A DNA stretch of 64,000 nucleotides from Anaerolineaceae bacterium (GTDB lineage: Bacteria > Chloroflexota > Anaerolineae > Anaerolineales > Anaerolineaceae). Under the pieces are notes generated by a model. It saw only the letters and a program-made list of their open reading frames with translations. It did no database searches and was not told where the DNA came from. Below are positions 45,384 through 54,446 of this stretch, in pieces. Each line of letters opens with the position of its first letter. The stretch's first letter is position 1. The stretch is taken from positions 6,344 to 70,343 of the forward strand of contig JAXGXM010000008.1 in NCBI GenBank assembly GCA_040772785.1, read 5' to 3'. Made by a program: the position numbers and the translations under genes.

Positions 45384-46109
45384 CTAAACAAGGATCTCTT
45401 CGGGAACGATCATTTCCTCGTTCGCCTGGCGAACCGCGTCAGGTACATCGAAATCGAGGTCAGCACCGGCCATCTGCTGAACGTACTTCTTCACCAGCTG
45501 GTCCCAGTACTTCTTGGTGACGTAGTAAACACGCGCGCCGCCGAGTTCGTGCTGAACTTCCGGCCATGGGTAGGAGGGCTGTGCCATCCCGAGTCCCCAG
45601 CGCAACCAGCCGTTGTAAGACTCGTATGTTGCCCACCATTCGGTGTTGCCGATCATTTCGAATGCATAGTAGGCTTTGGCGTAGTACATCACCGCGCCGA
45701 TTCGGCCTCCACGCAGGAGAGCCATGGTGTGCAGGCTGATATTGACCTTCTCGTTCATCACGCGGCCGTTGGCAAAGCCGGCCCAGACACCGTCAATGAG
45801 ACCTACGAGAGTGTAAGGATCTTTTAGACGATGCCGATACCAACCGAGGATCTCGGAATATACGCGGGCGCCGACGATGTCATAAAAGTCGTGGTCAACA
45901 TCCATTAAGCGCTTCACGTATTCCATCATCTTGGGGGCTTCTTCACGGCGCGCTTCACGGATGTAAAGTGTGCGGCCATCTTTTAATTTCACCTGGGCAC
46001 CCGGCCACTTGGGAAGCTCCATTGCAGGTCCCTGCAACAGCGCTTCAACCTCGCGGGCATCGATCTCCAGGATCTCCTGACTTGCTTTTTCGGGAAGCTC
46101 GAATTTCAT
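45384..46109 (-). CDS. Hypothetical protein, possibly GNAT-fold
   Basis: LYIREARREEAPKMMEYV resembles a GNAT opening. No clear acetyl-CoA motif was seen. Confidence 0.3.
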   Translation of the reverse strand: MKFELPEKASQEILEIDAREVEALLQGPAMELPKWPGAQVKLKDGRTLYIREARREEAPKMMEYVKRLMDVDHDFYDIVGARVYSEILGWYRHRLKDPYTLVGLIDGVWAGFANGRVMNEKVNISLHTMALLRGGRIGAVMYYAKAYYAFEMIGNTEWWATYESYNGWLRWGLGMAQPSYPWPEVQHELGGARVYYVTKKYWDQLVKKYVQQMAGADLDFDVPDAVRQANEEMIVPEEILV

Positions 46110-46137
46110 TCTAATCTCCTGTAAATGAGTGTAAACC

Positions 46138-47019
46138 CTACGAAAGATTGGCTATGCTGAGCTTGTTCAGGCTTTCCACGTGCGCCGGGTTGTAGACATC
46201 GCCAAAGCGGGTCTTGGGCATAGTGGCAGCCTTCTTCATCAGTTCTTCATACTCGGCGTCGTCAACGAACGCGACCGCGCGACCAATGGAGGCTTCGCCA
46301 TCAACGAAGCGCCACGGGAAGAAACCGACTTCAACACGGCGGTTGAGCAGCAGGTCGATCATGCCGCCAAAGCATTCCGCGTGGATGATCTCGTTGGGGA
46401 ACATGTCGATGTGCATGAGTTGGTACTTCTCATCGGTGAAGAACTCCTCGAGGGTCTTTCCGAATTTCTTCTTGAAGACATACTCTGCCTGCTTCGCCTG
46501 GCGGGGCATCCATGTTCGGAGAATGGTGTTCATGGGGTGGTCCGCCGAACCACAGTCCACGGCGATCCAACGCAGTTTCATTTTCTTCGCCCAGTCAGCA
46601 AATTCCTGATCAGGACCCGGGTGCTTGGTCATATAACGGATCTCGTCAGCGGTTGGCATGTCCCAACCGAAGTGATGGTAACCGGTGTGAATGACGAGAA
46701 TGTCGCCTTCCTTGACTTCCACGCGGTCGGTGATCATTTTGCTGGTGTAAACATCATAGTCACCGCACACATCGCTCAGGTCGACGACGGCGGCTTCGTG
46801 AACCAGGTAATCCATGGTCAGGGATGCCATGTCTTTTCCGGGGGTGTAGAAGTGAATCTCGCCGTCAAGATGGGTACCGAGGTGGTTTGAGTGGGTCAAT
46901 AACTGGCCGTTGGCGCCATTGGGAGCGAGGCGTTTGAAATACTTTACCTGTAAGGGTTCATAGGTTGGCCATGCGGGGGTTCCGATTCCCAAAGGGATGG
47001 TTAGATCGAGCAGTTTCAT
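46138..47019 (-). CDS. Cyclase family protein (kynurenine formamidase-like metal hydrolase fold)
   Basis: HSNHLGTHLDGEIHF matches the HxGTHxDxPxH-type cyclase motif. Confidence 0.7.
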   Translation of the reverse strand: MKLLDLTIPLGIGTPAWPTYEPLQVKYFKRLAPNGANGQLLTHSNHLGTHLDGEIHFYTPGKDMASLTMDYLVHEAAVVDLSDVCGDYDVYTSKMITDRVEVKEGDILVIHTGYHHFGWDMPTADEIRYMTKHPGPDQEFADWAKKMKLRWIAVDCGSADHPMNTILRTWMPRQAKQAEYVFKKKFGKTLEEFFTDEKYQLMHIDMFPNEIIHAECFGGMIDLLLNRRVEVGFFPWRFVDGEASIGRAVAFVDDAEYEELMKKAATMPKTRFGDVYNPAHVESLNKLSIANLS

Positions 47020-47104
47020 GATTTTTCTCCTTTTGAAAAGATTTAGACTTTTACTTGCTGTATCTTGCTTTTATTCTAACATTAAGGTTCGACAAGCTTT
47101 CTCA

Positions 47105-47140
47105 GAAAAATCATGGCGAATTAACATAATTCGCCATGAT
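47105..47140 (-). terminator. Rho-independent terminator of the decarboxylase operon
   Basis: 13-bp palindrome ATCATGGCGAATT...AATTCGCCATGAT, followed on the minus strand by TTTTTCTG. Confidence 0.6.
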
Positions 47141-47188
47141 CATCTTACCGGGTATTACTTTGAAACCGGTGTTGCATTATTTCCAGCC

Positions 47189-48334
47189 TCATGGGATCAG
47201 GATCGGGAAGATCATCTGCATGAGAATGCCGGCTGCGAGAACAGAGGCTACCTGACCGGCAGCGTTGGCGCCTAAAGCGTGCATCAGAATGAAGTTCTGA
47301 TTGTCGACTTCCAGGGCTACTTTTTGTGCCAGGCGACCGCTCATCGGGAAGGCGCTGATCGCGGCTGCTCCGACCAGGGGGTTGATTTTCCGCCCGGAAA
47401 TCCAGCAAACCAGGCGTCCGAATAGCAAACCACCAATCGTGTTGAGCGCGAAGGCCACCAGACCGAGGATCAACACACGCAGCGTGCCCCAGTTGAGGAA
47501 CTGGGCAGCCTGCATGGTTGAGCCGATCGTGATTCCCAGGAAGATCGTGGCAGTGTTGGTAATGGCGTTCTTCGATGTTTCAACTAGCCCGGGCACGACC
47601 TCTGATTCCTTGAGCAGGTTACCAAGCATCAAGGTTGCAATCAGCGGTGCGGCTTCCGGGAGGAAAATGCCGGCGATTACGGTGATCAGGATGGGGAAAA
47701 TGATAACCGTTGCACGGGAGACCGGTCGTGGGGTGTACTCCATGCGGATACCGCGCTCTTTTTTGGTGGTGAAGAGTCTCATCAACGGAGGTTGAATGAT
47801 GGGAACGAGGCTCATATAAGAGTAGGCGGTAACCGCGATGGCAGCTGCGAGACCGGGGGTTACAAACAGATCTCCCAGCTTACCATTCACGTAGATGACA
47901 GTAGGACCATCAATGGCGCCGATCATGCCAATGGCGGTGGACTCAGCCAGGTTGAAGCCTAACAATAAGGCAACAATGAGGGTGGCAAAAATACCCAGGT
48001 GTGCGAAGGCACCCATGATGAACATGATGGGCTGGCTGAGCAGAGGGCGCAGGTCAAGCATGGCACCTACACCGAGGAAAATGAGAAGGGGAAACAGCTC
48101 GTTACTGATGCCGGCTTTGTAAAGCACGCCGAAAAGACCATGTTCGCCAACCATGTTAGCAGCAACGGGCAGGTTTCCCAGGATACAGCCGAAACCAATC
48201 GGGATCAGGAGGGTGGGTTCATAGTCCTTGAAAATTCCAAGGCCCATCAGAAGTAATCCCACCGCCACCATGATCAATTGCATTCCGGTGATGTCGAGAA
48301 GTCCTCCAAGTAGTCCTGTTAGATCGAAACCCAT
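47189..48334 (-). CDS. mmdB: Na+-translocating decarboxylase beta subunit
   Basis: A polytopic protein with the IGAIDGPT motif and OadB/MmdB/GcdB-like sequence throughout. Confidence 0.85.
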   Translation of the reverse strand: MGFDLTGLLGGLLDITGMQLIMVAVGLLLMGLGIFKDYEPTLLIPIGFGCILGNLPVAANMVGEHGLFGVLYKAGISNELFPLLIFLGVGAMLDLRPLLSQPIMFIMGAFAHLGIFATLIVALLLGFNLAESTAIGMIGAIDGPTVIYVNGKLGDLFVTPGLAAAIAVTAYSYMSLVPIIQPPLMRLFTTKKERGIRMEYTPRPVSRATVIIFPILITVIAGIFLPEAAPLIATLMLGNLLKESEVVPGLVETSKNAITNTATIFLGITIGSTMQAAQFLNWGTLRVLILGLVAFALNTIGGLLFGRLVCWISGRKINPLVGAAAISAFPMSGRLAQKVALEVDNQNFILMHALGANAAGQVASVLAAGILMQMIFPILIP

Positions 48335-48351
48335 GATAATATCCTTTCCGC

Positions 48352-48792
48352 CTACTCGATATCCATGAGAGGAGCGCCGTGTGCTACCTGGGCGCCAACA
48401 TTCACATGGATTCGAGCGACCGTTCCGTCTTGAGGAGCACGGATAATATTCATCGCTTTCATAGCTTCGATCACACAGATCTCGTCGTTCGCTTTTACTT
48501 TATCGCCAACATGAACTTTGATTGAGTTGACAACACCCGGGAGTGGTGATTTGATCGTGCCGGGTCCGGCGGCTACGGCTGCAGCTGCAGCAGCAGGAGC
48601 GGGTGCGGGAGCAGGTTTGCGCACAACCGGTGCGGGCGCAGCGGCGGAGGGGGTGAAGGTTTTGTTGTGTTCTTCAGTTGTAACGGTATATTCTTCGCCG
48701 TTAACTTTCACCTGTACTTCATCCAGGCGGGGATCATCAAGGATCTCAACATCGTAGGTTGTATCTTTGATCGTAATACGGTATTGTGTCAT
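48352..48792 (-). CDS. mmdC: Biotin carboxyl carrier (gamma) subunit
   Basis: Ala/Pro-rich linker and the C-terminal biotinyl motif IEAMKAMN. Confidence 0.8.
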   Translation of the reverse strand: MTQYRITIKDTTYDVEILDDPRLDEVQVKVNGEEYTVTTEEHNKTFTPSAAAPAPVVRKPAPAPAPAAAAAAVAAGPGTIKSPLPGVVNSIKVHVGDKVKANDEICVIEAMKAMNIIRAPQDGTVARIHVNVGAQVAHGAPLMDIE

Positions 48793-49139
48793 CTCGTTCT
48801 CCTGATTGTGGAAGATTGGTTAAGCCGGCGCTGCAGCCCGAACTGACGCCAGGCGTTTACCTCTCCGGCTGAAATATCTGTTGCTACATTCTGAATATCC
48901 GCCTGGGCACGGGCGATTGCAACAGCGATCGCAGCGACCAGCGAAAGGTCAGTTTTCGGCTCTTCAATGGTAGCAGCGGGGGTAGTTGTTTCTTCAATTA
49001 CGGTTGTTTCTTCTTCTTTTTTGTCAGTAATGAATCTTGTCAGCAGGTAAACTACACCAGCAAGAAGTGTCAGCACAACCATAAGAACCAGCAGGCCAAC
49101 CACGGCCACTTTTATTGCAAGACCTAAAGAAGGTTCCAT
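48789..49139 (-). CDS. mmdD: OadG-like small membrane (delta) subunit
   Basis: A single N-terminal TM helix and its position between the alpha and gamma genes. Confidence 0.5.
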   Translation of the reverse strand: MEPSLGLAIKVAVVGLLVLMVVLTLLAGVVYLLTRFITDKKEEETTVIEETTTPAATIEEPKTDLSLVAAIAVAIARAQADIQNVATDISAGEVNAWRQFGLQRRLNQSSTIRRTR

Positions 49140-49156
49140 TATCCTTATCCTTTCCG

Positions 49157-50719
49157 CTACAGCGGGATATTCCCGTGTTTTTTGGCAGGAGACGTTGACT
49201 GCTTGTTCCTTAAGATGTCGAGGGTTGCGATGAGGCGCTGTCGAGTTTCGCTCGGCAGGATCACTTCATCCACATAGCCAGCTCCAGCTGCCCGATACGG
49301 ATTCGAGAACTTCTCCTGGTAATCTTCCACAAGCTCTGTGCGCATCTGCTTGGCCTCTTCAGGTGACTTTTCTTTGAGCGCTTTGCCATGCAAAATGTTG
49401 ACTGCGCCATCTGCGCCCATAACCGCGATCTCAGCGGTCGGCCAGGCGAAGACCATGTCCGCGCCAAGGTGCTTGGAGCCCATTACAATGTAAGCGCCGC
49501 CATAAGCTTTTCGCGTGACGACTGACATCTTGGGTACTGAGGCTTCGGAGAATGCGTAAATGATCTTGGCACCGTGGCGGATGATGCCATTGTGCTCGGT
49601 ATGGGTTCCCGGCATGAATCCCGGAGTGTCAACGAAAGCGATCAAAGGAATATTGAAGGCATCGCAGAAACGAATAAAGCGGGCAATCTTGTCTGAGGCG
49701 TTGATATCGATAACACCAGCCATTGATGAGGGTTGGTTGGCAAAGATACCCACGGATTCACCATTGAGGCGGGCAAAACCAACAACCGCATTAGTTGCGA
49801 ACCCGGCGTGAACCTGGAAGAAAGAGCCGCTATCCACGATGCGATCGATCACGTTGACGATGTCGTAAGTCTGGTTGGGGTCGACCGGAACAAGGGTCTC
49901 GAGCTCTTTGTCTGCCCTGAAGGGATTGTCACCTGTGTTAATGACGGCGGTAGTACTGGCATTGTTGTCGGGGATGTATTCCAGGATTTTTTTGATGATC
50001 GCGAATGTTTCCGCTTCATCCTGCCCAACGAAGTGAGCAACACCTGAAATGGTGCTGTGGGTGACAGCGCCACCCAACGTCTCGGAATCGACGATTTCAT
50101 TGGTCACGGCTTTGATCACTGCAGGGCCGGTGATGTACATATTTCCGATCCCCTGGGTCATGATGACGAAGTCCTGGATTGCGGGTGAATAAACCCCGCC
50201 GCCGGCACATGGTCCCATGATGACGCTGATCTGCGGCACAACCCCTGAAGCCCGTACGTTGCGGTAGAAAACTTCACCGTATCCATAAAGGCTGTAAATA
50301 CCTTCCTGGATGCGTGCACCGCCACCGTCATTGATACCGATCACGGGCACGCCGGCGTCCATCGCCAGATCCATTACGCGGCAAACTTTCTCTCCGGCAA
50401 CCTCACCGAACGAGCCGCCCATCACGGTGAAATCCTGCGCATAAACGCAGACTTTTCTGCCATTGATGGTTCCGAATCCCGCGACCAGGCCATCACCGAG
50501 GATTTTGTCTTTATCCAATCCAAATTCAGTGTGGCGGTTTTGCATCATGCCATTGATCTCTTGAAATGAACCTTTGTCCAACAGGGATTCAATGCGTTCG
50601 CGACCTGTCAACTTTCCTTTTTCATGCTGGGAAGCGATCCTTTTTTCGCCGCCGCCCAGTTTGCTTTCCTCGCGAAGCGCTTTGAGCTTGGCATTCTTAT
50701 CTGGAAATTCCTGCGCCAT
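49157..50719 (-). CDS. mmdA: Methylmalonyl-CoA decarboxylase alpha subunit / acyl-CoA carboxyltransferase
   Basis: 520 aa carboxyltransferase with QDFTVMGGSFGE, MGPCAGGGVYSP and VDTPGFMPG. Confidence 0.85.
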   Translation of the reverse strand: MAQEFPDKNAKLKALREESKLGGGEKRIASQHEKGKLTGRERIESLLDKGSFQEINGMMQNRHTEFGLDKDKILGDGLVAGFGTINGRKVCVYAQDFTVMGGSFGEVAGEKVCRVMDLAMDAGVPVIGINDGGGARIQEGIYSLYGYGEVFYRNVRASGVVPQISVIMGPCAGGGVYSPAIQDFVIMTQGIGNMYITGPAVIKAVTNEIVDSETLGGAVTHSTISGVAHFVGQDEAETFAIIKKILEYIPDNNASTTAVINTGDNPFRADKELETLVPVDPNQTYDIVNVIDRIVDSGSFFQVHAGFATNAVVGFARLNGESVGIFANQPSSMAGVIDINASDKIARFIRFCDAFNIPLIAFVDTPGFMPGTHTEHNGIIRHGAKIIYAFSEASVPKMSVVTRKAYGGAYIVMGSKHLGADMVFAWPTAEIAVMGADGAVNILHGKALKEKSPEEAKQMRTELVEDYQEKFSNPYRAAGAGYVDEVILPSETRQRLIATLDILRNKQSTSPAKKHGNIPL

Positions 50720-50834
50720 TACTACCTCCGTTAATTTATGTGATGATTAACAATACTAATAGTTTAAGGCGAGATGTCTAACATTTCAAGTGATACTTTT
50801 AGCGTGATAGCTGGCATTTTGTCACATATCTTTA

Positions 50835-50872
50835 ACAAAAAAGCGCACGGATGGAATTTACCGTGCGCTTTT
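50835..50872 (-). terminator. Rho-independent terminator after the ABC importer operon
   Basis: AGCGCACGG...CCGTGCGCT stem, followed on the minus strand by TTTTTTG. Confidence 0.65.
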
Positions 50873-50890
50873 GGGAGGTTTATGTTTTAC

Positions 50891-51808
50891 TTACTCGCGC
50901 TTGTAGGGTTTCAGGAGGGCAGCAGGGTAAGAAGCATTGCGGCCTGCAAGGGTGAGGGCGATGATGGTAACAATGTAAGGCAGCGCCAGGAACAATTCGT
51001 AGGGCAGTTTGATGCCTGTCAGCTGAAGCCGTGATTGCAAAGCTTGCACGCTGCCGAATAAAAGAGCGCCCCAGAGAACTTTAACAGGGTGCCAGTTTGC
51101 AAAGATAATGAGCGCGATGCAAACCCAGCCGCGACCTGCGACGATGCCGAAGGTAAACGAGCCAAGTTGCGCGACTGAGAGAAAAGCTCCACCGACACCC
51201 ATCAGCGCTCCGCCAATGACCAGGGCGATTGTGCGCAACCGGTAGACATTGATGCCGGCTGCGTCAGTAGCCTCGGGATTGTCACCGACCGAGCGCAGGT
51301 TCAGACCAAAGTTGGTGCGAAAGACGATCCACCACACGATCGGGATCAAGGCAATGGCAATATACGTAAGCGCGTACTGCGAGAAGATCGGTCCAAGCAC
51401 CTCACTATTTGGGAATATCTTGAGCTGGCTGAACGGTGTGATGGACGGCAGCACGCGGCTTTCACCAAAGATCACCCTGAATCCGAATAGTGCGAGCGCC
51501 GTCATCAGAAGGGTAATTCCCAAACCGGATACATGCTGGTTTACGCCGAGTCTGACCGAGAAGAGGCTCATCAACCAGCCGGAGAGCATACCTCCAACCA
51601 GTGCGGTGAGTATACCAACCCAGAGCGAGCCGCTCAACGATGCCGCGGTGAAGCCCGAAAAAGCGCCAAAGAACATCGTACCTTCGATGCCCAGGTTTAG
51701 GATGCCCGCGCGCTCGCAAAATAATTCTCCCAGCGTTGCAAAGATCAGCGGTGTAGCAATGCGGAGGGTAGCCGCGATAATGTCAACAATAAAATCTCCC
51801 ATGATCAT
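50891..51808 (-). CDS. ABC transporter permease (BMP/nucleoside family, YufQ/NupQ-like)
   Basis: Polytopic, with operon context alongside the BMP-family binding protein. Confidence 0.8.
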   Translation of the reverse strand: MIMGDFIVDIIAATLRIATPLIFATLGELFCERAGILNLGIEGTMFFGAFSGFTAASLSGSLWVGILTALVGGMLSGWLMSLFSVRLGVNQHVSGLGITLLMTALALFGFRVIFGESRVLPSITPFSQLKIFPNSEVLGPIFSQYALTYIAIALIPIVWWIVFRTNFGLNLRSVGDNPEATDAAGINVYRLRTIALVIGGALMGVGGAFLSVAQLGSFTFGIVAGRGWVCIALIIFANWHPVKVLWGALLFGSVQALQSRLQLTGIKLPYELFLALPYIVTIIALTLAGRNASYPAALLKPYKRE

Positions 51809-52857
51809 ATCCTCTTAATTCGGTAATTCTGCAGCAGTAGCATACCCAGGGTGACCAGCAGCAAGGTGGATTGAACGACGTCGCCCAGGTAAACAGGAAC
51901 ACCAAGCACCCGGCTGACCGTTTGCGCGCCGGTGTCGATGAGCCCGATGAACATTGCGGCAACAGTGGCGCCGATCGGGTTAAGTCCTCCGAGCGTGGCG
52001 ACGATGATACCGGTGTAACCATATCCGCCTGAAAGTTCGCTGATCAGGTGATAATGGATGCCCGCAATCTCGCTCACACCTGCCAGGCCGGCGATGCCGC
52101 CGCTGACCAGCGCCGCGATCAGCATGGTGCGGTTTACATTGATACCGGCAAAGAGCGCACCGGCTTTGCTGGCGCCTGCGGCGCGCATCTGCAAGCCAAA
52201 CGAAGTACGTTTGATGATGATGAAAACAATCACCACAACAATTAACGCAATAACAAAACCCAGGTGCAGACGTGATTTGGGAATGAGTTGAACAAACCGC
52301 GCCGCTTCGAAAAATTCAGGTGATTTCGGCCATCCGGTTTCAGGATCGCGCCAGGGCCCGTTCAGAAGAGCGGAGATGATGTACATGATGATCGAGTTCA
52401 TCAGCAGGGTGGTGACCACTTCATCCACTTTCAGTTTGACTTTCAAGAACGCGGGGAGCAGCGCCCACAGCATACCGCCGGCGAAACCGAGTATCAGCAT
52501 GAGCGGAACGACGATGATGGCAGGCAGGTTGGTAAACGTCGCGCCCACCCAGGCAGCCGCAACCGCGCCCGCATAAAGTTGACCTTCAGCCCCGATGTTG
52601 TAATACCCCGCGGCAAAAGCAAAGGTCACAGCGATACCGGTGAAGATGAGTGGTGTTGCTTTTACCAACACTTCGAGAGCTGAGAATTTCGATGAAAGCG
52701 GCACGATGATGAAGTTGTAGTACGCCTCAAAAGGATTGGCGCCCGCTAATAGGATGAAGATAGAGGTGACTATAAAAGTCACCAACACCGCAGCCACGGG
52801 GATCAATGCCCTGGTCCACATGGGAGCTGGCGAGCGTTCTATGCGAAATTTTGCCAC
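51805..52857 (-). CDS. ABC transporter permease (BMP/nucleoside family, YufP/NupP-like)
   Basis: Polytopic, with a 4-nt overlap with the downstream permease gene. Confidence 0.8.
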   Translation of the reverse strand: MAKFRIERSPAPMWTRALIPVAAVLVTFIVTSIFILLAGANPFEAYYNFIIVPLSSKFSALEVLVKATPLIFTGIAVTFAFAAGYYNIGAEGQLYAGAVAAAWVGATFTNLPAIIVVPLMLILGFAGGMLWALLPAFLKVKLKVDEVVTTLLMNSIIMYIISALLNGPWRDPETGWPKSPEFFEAARFVQLIPKSRLHLGFVIALIVVVIVFIIIKRTSFGLQMRAAGASKAGALFAGINVNRTMLIAALVSGGIAGLAGVSEIAGIHYHLISELSGGYGYTGIIVATLGGLNPIGATVAAMFIGLIDTGAQTVSRVLGVPVYLGDVVQSTLLLVTLGMLLLQNYRIKRI

Positions 52858-52882
52858 AATAATTCCTCCGATAATAGTGTTG

Positions 52883-54376
52883 TTACGAGACGGCGCCAGC
52901 CATCAGCAAACCGATCTTTTCAGGTGTGGCTTCGGCGGAGGGGACAATTCCCATGATCCTGCCTTCGTAAATGACCGCGATACGGTCTGAAAGCGCAAGT
53001 ACTTCATCGAGGTCTTCAGAAAGCAGAACTACCGCGGTGCCGTGCGCTCTTTCTTCGAGGAGGCGTTTGCGAACATATTCAGTCGCGCCTACGTCCAGAC
53101 CTCGGGTAGGTTGTGAAGCGATCAATACCTTGGGTTTGCGTGACAACGCGCGCGCAAGAACGACCTTTTGCATGTTTCCACCGGATAATTTGCGTAGCTG
53201 ATCACCCGGAGAAGCCTTGATCTGGAACTCCTTGATGATTACAGCCGCATCTTCGCGCATCTTTTTACGGTCAAGAAGACCCTTATTGATATAGTTTTTC
53301 ATGTGCTCCAATGCGAGATTCTCCGCCACGGTGAGCTCACCAATTGTTCCCTCGTGCCGGTCCTGCGGGGTGCGACCAACTCCGGCATCGGAGATCTGAC
53401 CGGGTGATAGATGCGTGATTTCTTTTCCCTCTATCTTTATCGAACCTTTGCTTGGGGTAACTAAACCGGTGATTACTTCTGTCAATTCACCCTGACCGTT
53501 GCCGGATACCCCGGCGATACCAAAGATCTCACCTCTTCCCACACAAAAGCTGATACCTTCCAATACTTTCTTTTCGTCTTTTCCATCCAGTGTGATCCCG
53601 TCAAGTTCATAGATTGGGTCACTTGTTTCACAGACATCCTGCAGGCGCACGCCAAAGGTTTCGCGCCCAACCATCATTTTCGCCAGTTCAACCTGGCTGG
53701 TTTCTGATTTTTTGACGGTATTGGCAACTTTGCCGTCACGAAGTACTGTAATTCTGTCACAAACAGCCATTACTTCAACCAATTTATGGCTGATAAATAT
53801 CACTGAGAGTCCTGCTTTGACCAACCGATCAAGCGATTCAAAGAGAAGATCCACTTCCTGTGGTACCAGCACGGCGGTTGGTTCATCCATAATGAGGATA
53901 TGGGCGTTTCTGTAGAGGGCTTTGAGAATCTCCACGCGCTGGCGTTCTCCTACCGAGAGATCTTTCACCAGTGCAGATGGATTTACCTGGATACCGTATT
54001 TTTCGGATGCTGCAGCGACGTTCTTTTCAATTTCCTTTTGTGAAAGAACAATCCCGTTTGTATAACCCAGCACAATGTTTTCAGCGACCGTGAGTGGTGG
54101 AACCAGGGTGAAATGCTGGGTTACCATTCCGATCCCGGCAGCGATCGCTTCTTTCGGTGAATGGATGGTTACTTTTTCACCATCAATAAAAATTTCACCG
54201 CTATCTGCTTTATATAATCCATATAAAATACGCATTAATGTTGTCTTGCCAGCCCCGTTTTCTCCCAGCAGAGCGTGAATTTCTCCCTGCTCCAGGTCAA
54301 AATTTACATCCTGGTTGGCTTTTACAGGACCAAAAGACTTGTAGATGTGCTTCATTTCAACTGCTAGCATGGTCAA
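52883..54376 (-). CDS. ABC transporter ATP-binding protein with duplicated NBDs
   Basis: Walker A motifs GENGAGKTT and GVSGNGQGE, signatures LSVGERQ and LSGGNMQ. Confidence 0.9.
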   Translation of the reverse strand: MTMLAVEMKHIYKSFGPVKANQDVNFDLEQGEIHALLGENGAGKTTLMRILYGLYKADSGEIFIDGEKVTIHSPKEAIAAGIGMVTQHFTLVPPLTVAENIVLGYTNGIVLSQKEIEKNVAAASEKYGIQVNPSALVKDLSVGERQRVEILKALYRNAHILIMDEPTAVLVPQEVDLLFESLDRLVKAGLSVIFISHKLVEVMAVCDRITVLRDGKVANTVKKSETSQVELAKMMVGRETFGVRLQDVCETSDPIYELDGITLDGKDEKKVLEGISFCVGRGEIFGIAGVSGNGQGELTEVITGLVTPSKGSIKIEGKEITHLSPGQISDAGVGRTPQDRHEGTIGELTVAENLALEHMKNYINKGLLDRKKMREDAAVIIKEFQIKASPGDQLRKLSGGNMQKVVLARALSRKPKVLIASQPTRGLDVGATEYVRKRLLEERAHGTAVVLLSEDLDEVLALSDRIAVIYEGRIMGIVPSAEATPEKIGLLMAGAVS

Positions 54377-54407
54377 TCCTTAAAGGAAGTATGGCTTCTA
54401 TTAAAAT

Positions 54408-54435
54408 GGGGCGGTAGAGATACCTCTACCGCCCC
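54408..54435 (-). terminator. Intercistronic stem-loop after the binding-protein gene (partial terminator or mRNA stabiliser)
   Basis: 12-bp GC-rich stem GGGGCGGTAGAG-ATAC-CTCTACCGCCCC, followed on the minus strand by ATTTTAAT. Confidence 0.5.
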
Positions 54436-54446
54436 CAAATTACCAA

